From IMG/VR virus record IMGVR_UViG_2778261380_000011, positions 1-19,475 of that record: a DNA stretch of 19,475 bases. One strand, written 5' to 3'. How positions within the stretch are numbered: the stretch's first letter is position 1; each line of letters begins with the position of its first letter. Origin of the DNA: a virus. Its lineage: Duplodnaviria > Heunggongvirae > Uroviricota > Caudoviricetes. The notes beneath the pieces were generated by a model, which worked only from the letters and a program-made list of their open reading frames with translations, did not search any database and was not told where the DNA came from. Positions 13,590-19,475 of the stretch are shown here, piece after piece. Made by a program: the position numbers and the translations under genes.

Positions 13590-16277
13590 TCACTCAGGTT
13601 CAGCGCTTCCCAGTACCTGTGTATTGAACTGGTACACACGTTTAAGCCCTATTTCTGGCAGGCGAATGCTGTTTTGCGTCCGGCCATCTTCACCGGGTTT
13701 CAGCCAGCCCGCGTCCACACACAACCTGGCCACCTTACGCGAGTCAAATCCCTTACAGATCTCCTTCCAGCCTGACGGGAGAACGTAGAACGTCACAACC
13801 GGCTCTGTCACGTTGTCTCCTTTATCGACTTTTCTGAATCCCATCATTGAAACAGGCCGGTTCCTGTCGTCATTCCAGTCAGCAAACCGACTGAACTGAT
13901 TACGCGTCATGAAGTCCCGAACCTGTTCAAGTGCCGCTTTATCTTCCTGATTAGCTGTATGGCCCCGGTCAGCCATCCATGCAGCCAGACAGCTTTGAGC
14001 GGCACGAAAGGCCTCTCCCTCCGGCCATCCTGTGATGCCCGCTTTTGTGGCCAGCTCCCCGGCCATCGCAACCAGAGCAAAACGGGTAACAGCCCGGCCA
14101 ACCTGATTCCCGGCATTTTCCGGCGTCAGCCTTCGGGTATACTCTTTCAATAAGGCTTTCGCCTGACTGGTCAGTTCCGGCAGATCAGCGGTCAGGCAAT
14201 ACAGCCAGTCGCGGAATGGTGCACCATGATAATGCGCTACGTGCTGCTCAAGATGCTCAGCCAGGGTTTTCCCGCTACTGAAGCCATGAAGTTCTTCAAA
14301 CACGCCATACTTGCCCGAATCGCTTGGGATCTGGATCATTCTGACCTCAACCCCGGCATACGTACGTTCCCCGGCGCTTGCCGCATGCTCTACCAGTGAC
14401 AGTTCCCCGGTAGACAGAAACAACAGATTCCAGCGGTTGGTTTCCCTTACCGAACCATCTGTTCTGGCTCTGGCTTTGCCCTGCCCGTTAGCCAGCATAT
14501 AAGCGATATTTCCCGCCTCCCTGCCGTCAACCTCCCGGATTTCATCCAGCATCAGCGTGGCATCATTGCGGCGGCTCGCCGTTCCTTCTAAGGCATTCCC
14601 CGTCGCCCGCCACGTATGCCAGAAATCTGTTCCACCACATACTGATGCAGCCACTTTCATCGTCGTGGTTTTACCGTCTGTGGATTCCCCTTTGAGGTGA
14701 TAACCTCCACCGCCGATACCAACCAGTTTCAGAAGGGGGGCAGCAAATGCCAGACTCACCGCAAAGGCAAGACGGGCATTCTTTATGCAATAACGGCCTA
14801 TATTTTCACGCCAGCCCTCTGATGTGCCGCTGACACGAAAATCACGCCCCTGCACACTCGATGTTTGTAAGATGACTGACTGGGCTTCGCGCCCTATCAC
14901 TTCATCCTGGAGAACGTAAACCCCGCCGTGCCAGCCAGTTTTATTCACACAGGTTACTTTTCTGTCCGGTTTACACAGCGAGATATATTCCATCAGGAAT
15001 GCTCTGGCCATGCCGTTAATGTTGATGTAAGAAAGCCCGTTAACCAGCAGAACGCGGCGCAGTTCTTCCCCGCTACCGCCCAGCATCTCCATCGGCATTG
15101 CCCATTTACGGCTGTTTCCGTTGGTATCTTCCCATTCCAGCAAACGCCCGTAATTACTTCCATCAGCATCACTGGTGATTGCCGTCACCCGCAACGGACT
15201 GCAAATTTTGATATTACGTATCTCTGTATCACCATCAGACTTATTAACCAGCTTGTCGTACCACAAATATTCTTTTGTCAGCCGGAACCCTTCTGGTAAA
15301 CGGGTCTGCCCTTTGCCATGCAGCGTCATTTCTTCACGAAAGGCATCTCTCGCCCGTTCTTTCCCCACTTCCTGCCGATAATCATCCCAGTCAGCCTTAT
15401 GGCGTACCGGAGGGAGCGTTACCCAGCCATCCACCGCTTTGGCGGCTTTCTCTGCCTGAATACGCCCGGTGTTTTCTTTGCCGTCAGCCAGATCATTATC
15501 TCCGGCCAGAATGATCCGGGTTTCCGGCCAGCGTTTTCGGATCTGCTCCGTCACCTTCAGTAAATTGGTGGCAGCGACAGCCGCCACGATCCATCCTTCA
15601 GTCAGCAGACTGACGGTAAGCGCCGTGGCAAAACCCTCAGTGATAATCACCTGTTCAGGTGTTTCAGCGGGTATATCGGTCAGGGCAATGAATGCGCCAG
15701 ACAGCTGGCTACCGGGCAGCAGACTTTTATCCCCGTCAGGATTGATAAGCTGGCCACCAGTAATATTCCCGGAAATATCCGTCAAAGGCAGCAGTAATGA
15801 ACCGGTGGAAAATGTTATTCCGGCCAGATTCAAAGGCTGTGACAGCAAGGGAAGTGAATACCCGTGTAAGCTCTTATTTGTCAGATAGACCGGCTCACCA
15901 TTGCAGGACTGCTGTCTGAGTCTGGTATATCGCTCCGCGCCCGCTTCTTTTCCTGCGGCCTTTTTCCTGGCTGGCAATGCGGGCTTCTCCTGTATTTCTG
16001 GTAATGCAAGCGCCTCAGATACCATCCCGGCGACTTCTTTTATCTTTCTTCCTGTCACCAGACGAACCAGATCAAGACCATCGCCATGACCGCACTGATT
16101 ACAAAACCACGTCCCTCGCCCCGCTTTATCGTCCAGTCGAAAACGATCTTTTCCACCACAGGCAGGGCAAGCCCCATGATGTCCTGCGGACGGTACTTTA
16201 ATACCTAATGCTGACAGGATATAAGGCCAGCGCCCAATTGCAGCTCCGGAAATCGTGGATACAGACGGTGTTTTCAC
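13590..16277 (-). CDS. P4 alpha-type primase-helicase (895 aa)
   Basis: N-terminal zinc-binding primase motif CPACGG...WFCNQCGHGDG; Walker A GESTDGKTT; GTG start 16277 preceded by AGGAGG and overlapping upstream stop (GTGA). Confidence 0.9.
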   Translation of the reverse strand: MKTPSVSTISGAAIGRWPYILSALGIKVPSAGHHGACPACGGKDRFRLDDKAGRGTWFCNQCGHGDGLDLVRLVTGRKIKEVAGMVSEALALPEIQEKPALPARKKAAGKEAGAERYTRLRQQSCNGEPVYLTNKSLHGYSLPLLSQPLNLAGITFSTGSLLLPLTDISGNITGGQLINPDGDKSLLPGSQLSGAFIALTDIPAETPEQVIITEGFATALTVSLLTEGWIVAAVAATNLLKVTEQIRKRWPETRIILAGDNDLADGKENTGRIQAEKAAKAVDGWVTLPPVRHKADWDDYRQEVGKERARDAFREEMTLHGKGQTRLPEGFRLTKEYLWYDKLVNKSDGDTEIRNIKICSPLRVTAITSDADGSNYGRLLEWEDTNGNSRKWAMPMEMLGGSGEELRRVLLVNGLSYININGMARAFLMEYISLCKPDRKVTCVNKTGWHGGVYVLQDEVIGREAQSVILQTSSVQGRDFRVSGTSEGWRENIGRYCIKNARLAFAVSLAFAAPLLKLVGIGGGGYHLKGESTDGKTTTMKVAASVCGGTDFWHTWRATGNALEGTASRRNDATLMLDEIREVDGREAGNIAYMLANGQGKARARTDGSVRETNRWNLLFLSTGELSLVEHAASAGERTYAGVEVRMIQIPSDSGKYGVFEELHGFSSGKTLAEHLEQHVAHYHGAPFRDWLYCLTADLPELTSQAKALLKEYTRRLTPENAGNQVGRAVTRFALVAMAGELATKAGITGWPEGEAFRAAQSCLAAWMADRGHTANQEDKAALEQVRDFMTRNQFSRFADWNDDRNRPVSMMGFRKVDKGDNVTEPVVTFYVLPSGWKEICKGFDSRKVARLCVDAGWLKPGEDGRTQNSIRLPEIGLKRVYQFNTQVLGSAEPE

Positions 16278-16684
16278 AGCAGCACCTCCTGACCTTCCGG
16301 CTTCACAAATTCAAAACCTTCGGGTAGTTCGCCATCAGGTGCTCCGAAAATAATATCCCGGTAAACCTCACGCATCTCTGTGACACCAAAAACTGACAGG
16401 CGAATATTTTCTGACATAAAGCCTGGTTTAAGCATTTTTTCCAGTTTCTCTGCGGCCAGTATGCAACCAGCATCAGCCCCAAACTCATTCACCCACGGCA
16501 TTTCAATATGGTAAATAATATTACTCACCACTTTTTCGTGGGAGAGTTCTATTCGTTCGCCATCTTCAATATAAACAGGTTCATTATGAACACGCACCAT
16601 TAAGGAAATGAATGCATCAGCAATGTAGTAGCGTAAGACTGCTGTTCGTAAAGCATGCGCCTTTAAATTTTGATTATTATTCAT
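16274..16684 (-). CDS. hypothetical protein (136 aa), coupled upstream of primase
   Basis: ATG 16684 preceded by AGGGAG; stop overlaps primase start. Confidence 0.7.
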   Translation of the reverse strand: MNNNQNLKAHALRTAVLRYYIADAFISLMVRVHNEPVYIEDGERIELSHEKVVSNIIYHIEMPWVNEFGADAGCILAAEKLEKMLKPGFMSENIRLSVFGVTEMREVYRDIIFGAPDGELPEGFEFVKPEGQEVLL

Positions 16685-16913
16685 CGCGCATCACTCCCTT
16701 AATTGTGCTGGTTTCCTTAACAACGCCATCCAGTTGTTCGGCAATACAGGCCACTAAAGCCGCAGCGCCTTCCGCTGAAACAGTTCTCGCTCCATTCACT
16801 GTGGGCACGGACAAGACCTCTGCAAGAAACTCACTGGCCAGTGCCGCCCGTAACAGACGACTCTCCCCCTGTTCACTCAATATGCAGCCTTGCTTAAAAT
16901 TCATGGATTTCAT
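16677..16913 (-). CDS. hypothetical protein (78 aa)
   Basis: ATG 16913 preceded by GGAGGTG; overlaps neighbours at both ends. Confidence 0.6.
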   Translation of the reverse strand: MKSMNFKQGCILSEQGESRLLRAALASEFLAEVLSVPTVNGARTVSAEGAAALVACIAEQLDGVVKETSTIKGVMRDE

Positions 16914-17113
16914 GCAACCACCTCCCCGGCTCTTTTCACAGGGATACGGGCAGCAAAGCTCAGGATAAATTCAGTGGCAAGTTTAAGGCGTGCAGCATGC
17001 TCGCATTCTGCGATTACACGCACAGGGCGTGGACGGGCATCACGGTCTGTACGGCGGACAGCCAGAAAGACAAAGGTAAATTCAGGGTGAGATAAAGCAG
17101 GGACTGTAGCCAT
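16910..17113 (-). CDS. hypothetical protein (67 aa), first gene of replication operon
   Basis: ATG 17113 preceded by AAGGAGG (rc of 17121-17127); ORF-track 196-aa version is an unsupported upstream extension across the leader. Confidence 0.6.
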   Translation of the reverse strand: MATVPALSHPEFTFVFLAVRRTDRDARPRPVRVIAECEHAARLKLATEFILSFAARIPVKRAGEVVA

Positions 17114-17123
17114 AATGGCAACC

Positions 17124-17390
17124 TCCTTCAGATAGCGGGTAACGCTACCACCGGAGTTCCTACGCTCATGGGTGGTAGCCCAGACGGGGGTAGGAATACC
17201 GGCTCTGAAGGATACCGGCCAGCCCGAAAGCTGCCCCGCCTGGACTACCATAATTCTGATGATGTGGCGTAAAAAATAAAAAAATACAATCAGCCACCAC
17301 ACCATAAATTTTAGGTGAGTCAAAGCTGCGACACAAAAAAACACGCCTAGCGCGTGTAGTATCGCCTTCAGATAACACGGGTTCCTACGC
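17124..17390 (-). promoter_or_regulatory. structured leader with duplicated element (gttcctacgc at 17156-17165 and 17381-17390, each after ccttcagata) and a complementary gtaggaa motif (17190-17196) between them; P4 CI-RNA-like immunity architecture
   Basis: Direct repeat plus internal complement; inverted repeat gctaccacc/ggtggtagc (17135-17179) encloses the downstream copy just before the RBS. Confidence 0.45.
17334..17357 (-). terminator. intrinsic terminator/attenuator within the leader
   Basis: On minus strand: stem acacgc/gcgtgt (17341-17357) followed by U7 (rc of 17334-17340). Confidence 0.6.
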
Positions 17391-17419
17391 CCGGCTGCCG
17401 ATTTTGCGGCAACCTTTAA

Positions 17420-17449
17420 ACTATATCCCGCGCATTCCTGGTGAGGCAA
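17420..17449 (-). promoter_or_regulatory. sigma70-like promoter for the leader/replication operon (-35 TTGCCT rc of 17444-17449, 18-nt spacer, -10 TATAGT rc of 17420-17425)
   Basis: Hexamers read on minus strand upstream of the repeated leader element. Confidence 0.5.
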
Positions 17450-17552
17450 GAAATTTATAACCGAAAACTGATCATTGCCTGGATTAATTAACGCTGGCAT
17501 GCTTAAGCCTCTGCTTAAAAATAGTTCTTCATTTTTCCTGATGCTGTAAACG

Positions 17553-17580
17553 AGACCCGCCTCTGAGCGGGTCTTTCTGT
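17553..17580. terminator. GC-rich hairpin immediately after capsid-like gene
   Basis: agacccgc (17553-17560) / gcgggtct (17567-17574); T-run weak on minus strand, so function as terminator is uncertain. Confidence 0.35.
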
Positions 17581-17587
17581 CGCTAAG

Positions 17588-18592
17588 TCAATCCGCAAAC
17601 GTCAGGGTGCACTCATCAACAGCCGCGTACAGTTCAGGTTCACCGAGTGCATAACCTTCATTGCGCAGGTAGGAATGCACGTATTCACTGCTTTCATCAT
17701 CAAACTCAGCACGAAACCAGCGTGTTATCGCCTGAGTGTAAATATGCAGATTATCCAGCGTCGTTACTGCCAGACGCTTACCCGGCATAAACGGGGGAAT
17801 AAACGCAAAGCGGCCAGCAACAGAACTTGTAGCCATCTGTGCCGCATTCACATCAGACGGGCGGTCTGCGGCATTAAATAACTTCAGGCGTTGATGTGCT
17901 GCCAGCTCTGCCCCAACCAGTACAACCAGACGAGGATCTTCACGAAACTGCTCAGCAATAAGCTCTGTAATCAGATGGTTGGCCAGAGCATCAATATTTT
18001 TCCAGGTGCCAGTCTCTCCCAGAGTGACAGGCTCAGAGATGATTTGCTTTCCGTTCCCGTAGGCTTTCGCCAGTGCATGCCAGCCAATATTGACATCCTC
18101 GCCTTTTTTATTGATTTCCGGGTTTGTAGTATTTGCAATCGACACACCGTTGAAACCGACCCGCAGCATGTCCAGCGCATATGCCTGGGCAAAAAAGCTC
18201 TCAACCGTTTTCTCAAACTCATCCGGCACGCCGGTATGGTAAATATGAGACATATCGGAATAGCTGATCCGGGCGCAGGTATCCGTCTCTGTCAGAAAGA
18301 ACTCCGTACCATTGATTGCCATTTTTTTGTGGAAACGGCCACCATCCACACGTCCGGTATACAGTTCACTGGCACCAATATTGACGGCATTACCTGACAC
18401 GGCGTTAACATCACGTAGGGTAATATTTTTAATAAGCCACCCGGATTCCAGAATTGAGGTACGCAGTATATTTTCAGTAGGTTCGCTTAATGCAAAGCGT
18501 CTGTTTGATTCTTCCTGATAGTTAGTGCCAGTGACGAATTTATTATGATAACGACGTGCTGCGTCCGGCCTTTCAGTTTTGAAGGCATACAT
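17588..18592 (-). CDS. P2-family major capsid protein (gpN-like) homolog
   Basis: Segments LDMLRVGFNGVS, DALANHLITELIAEQFREDPRLVVLVGAELAA and C-terminal half align with P2 gpN as I remember it; ATG 18592 with AAGGTG SD. Confidence 0.7.
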   Translation of the reverse strand: MYAFKTERPDAARRYHNKFVTGTNYQEESNRRFALSEPTENILRTSILESGWLIKNITLRDVNAVSGNAVNIGASELYTGRVDGGRFHKKMAINGTEFFLTETDTCARISYSDMSHIYHTGVPDEFEKTVESFFAQAYALDMLRVGFNGVSIANTTNPEINKKGEDVNIGWHALAKAYGNGKQIISEPVTLGETGTWKNIDALANHLITELIAEQFREDPRLVVLVGAELAAHQRLKLFNAADRPSDVNAAQMATSSVAGRFAFIPPFMPGKRLAVTTLDNLHIYTQAITRWFRAEFDDESSEYVHSYLRNEGYALGEPELYAAVDECTLTFAD

Positions 18593-18614
18593 AGTTTTTC
18601 ACCTTTTTAAGTAT

Positions 18615-19475
18615 TTAAGAAAAGATTTTATTTTTGTACTCAGTAACCAGATTGTATTTCATTACATGCTCAACATAATCCCGGTCACTTACGACTGAAC
18701 GTAATACATAATTATCTGCTCGATAGTACTCCCTGTAAGCCATAGCTCTTGCCATTCCACCGTTATTTAATACATAACGATCAGTTGGAACGCTACAACG
18801 ACTAATAATTTCACTCACGGAATCAGATAAAGACTTGAGTGCATCAGTAATAAATTTAATATCACGGACAACGTCACTGTCATTAAATACAGAAATAAAA
18901 TCAGCAGGGATCTGGCCGGATTGAGGAAATATATTCAGTAAACGCTTATCGATTCCCTTCCCAATGTAGTTTCCTTCATCGGCCAGTACTCCCGGCAAAA
19001 GCTTGATCGTGCTCAATCGACTATGTTGTTCATTCAACCGGGAAACAGCCAGATGGTAATACCGTTCAGCATCCGCTCGTTCAGCATGCCCCATTTTATT
19101 CGTTTTGGCTTCAGCAATGCTACTGACGCCGTTTTTTGAGAATGTGCTTTTCCATGCAACTTCCGCATTTGTCACTTCACGCTGCCGGAAAGATAACTCT
19201 TCCTCTTCCTGACGACACAACTGGGCATAACGGCTCAGGAGCAGGTTGATCTCATTCGCCACAGTTTCCGTATCAGGTACTGTTAACCCCGTAAGTGAAT
19301 ACAGCTTTTCACCTTTAGCTCGCAGCTTATTCAGTGAATATATTTCAATAATACGCACAATACAGGCCGTGTCGCTATGAGTCTCTTTAAATGATCTTAC
19401 TTTGTAACTATCTAACACCGACACATGTTCGTTCTTAATTGATGCCAATTTCTTCTTAAAAACATTGTCAACCAT
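18615..19475 (-). CDS. hypothetical protein (286 aa), AT-rich
   Basis: ORF begins with ATG exactly at window end (rc of 19473-19475) and ends 22 nt before capsid gene; no family recognised. Confidence 0.65.
   Translation of the reverse strand: MVDNVFKKKLASIKNEHVSVLDSYKVRSFKETHSDTACIVRIIEIYSLNKLRAKGEKLYSLTGLTVPDTETVANEINLLLSRYAQLCRQEEEELSFRQREVTNAEVAWKSTFSKNGVSSIAEAKTNKMGHAERADAERYYHLAVSRLNEQHSRLSTIKLLPGVLADEGNYIGKGIDKRLLNIFPQSGQIPADFISVFNDSDVVRDIKFITDALKSLSDSVSEIISRCSVPTDRYVLNNGGMARAMAYREYYRADNYVLRSVVSDRDYVEHVMKYNLVTEYKNKIFS

Larger units (their letters stand above)
12356..19475. mobile_element. P4-satellite-like module (Ogr/Delta-like, iteron ori, alpha primase, RNA-immunity-like leader) with P2-type capsid homolog; ownership of alpA-int (8898-10522) and of the cargo operon is unresolved
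   Basis: Gene content; no att site or tRNA identified inside window. Confidence 0.5.

Noticed and set aside
13907-16201. Multiple short ORFs on both strands inside the primase gene (e.g. 14928..15299, 15469..15888)
   Set aside because: All overlap the 895-aa primase ORF, which has clear motifs; treated as frame artefacts of GC-rich sequence
17130-17270. GC-rich structured segment as a tRNA, tmRNA or retron ncRNA
   Set aside because: No tRNA cloverleaf or tmRNA-like features, and no reverse transcriptase gene nearby; better explained as a regulatory leader
16910-17500. 196-aa minus-strand ORF from the track spanning the leader region
   Set aside because: Depends on a non-ATG start far upstream and runs through the promoter, terminator and hairpins; the internal ATG at 17113 has a strong AAGGAGG SD
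18615-19475. 286-aa protein as P2 gpO capsid scaffold/protease
   Set aside because: Position and size fit, but the sequence is not Ala/Glu-rich and shows no similarity to gpO as I remember it; left as hypothetical

Overview
Read by eye from the sequence and the ORF track; every family assignment is from remembered motifs, with no database search run. The window looks like an enterobacterial composite mobile region in three parts. (1) Positions 1-8853 are a lambda-like early/immunity region in reverse lambda orientation: cII, pRE, nutR, an oop-like terminator, nutL and N match lambda as I remember it, and cI carries a lambda-like LexA-type C-terminal domain, but the cI N-terminus, cro and the operators differ. 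No rexAB is present. Downstream lie small accessory genes, cIII-like, RecT, and an ea22/DUF551 mosaic region. (2) Positions 8898-10522 hold an AlpA-family gene and a P4-type tyrosine integrase. (3) Positions 12356-19475, all on the minus strand, form a P4-satellite-like module: Ogr/Delta-like zinc finger, an array of TGTTACC iterons, a primase-helicase with coupled small genes, a structured leader resembling P4 RNA immunity, a P2-family major capsid homolog, and an unknown 286-aa gene. The main candidate for an undescribed system is the strongly AT-rich two-gene operon at 10502-12355 (293 aa with a PD-(D/E)xK-like motif, then 316 aa with no recognisable domain), sitting between the integrase and the ori. 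No rRNA, tRNA or CRISPR array was found. Both window edges coincide with gene boundaries.
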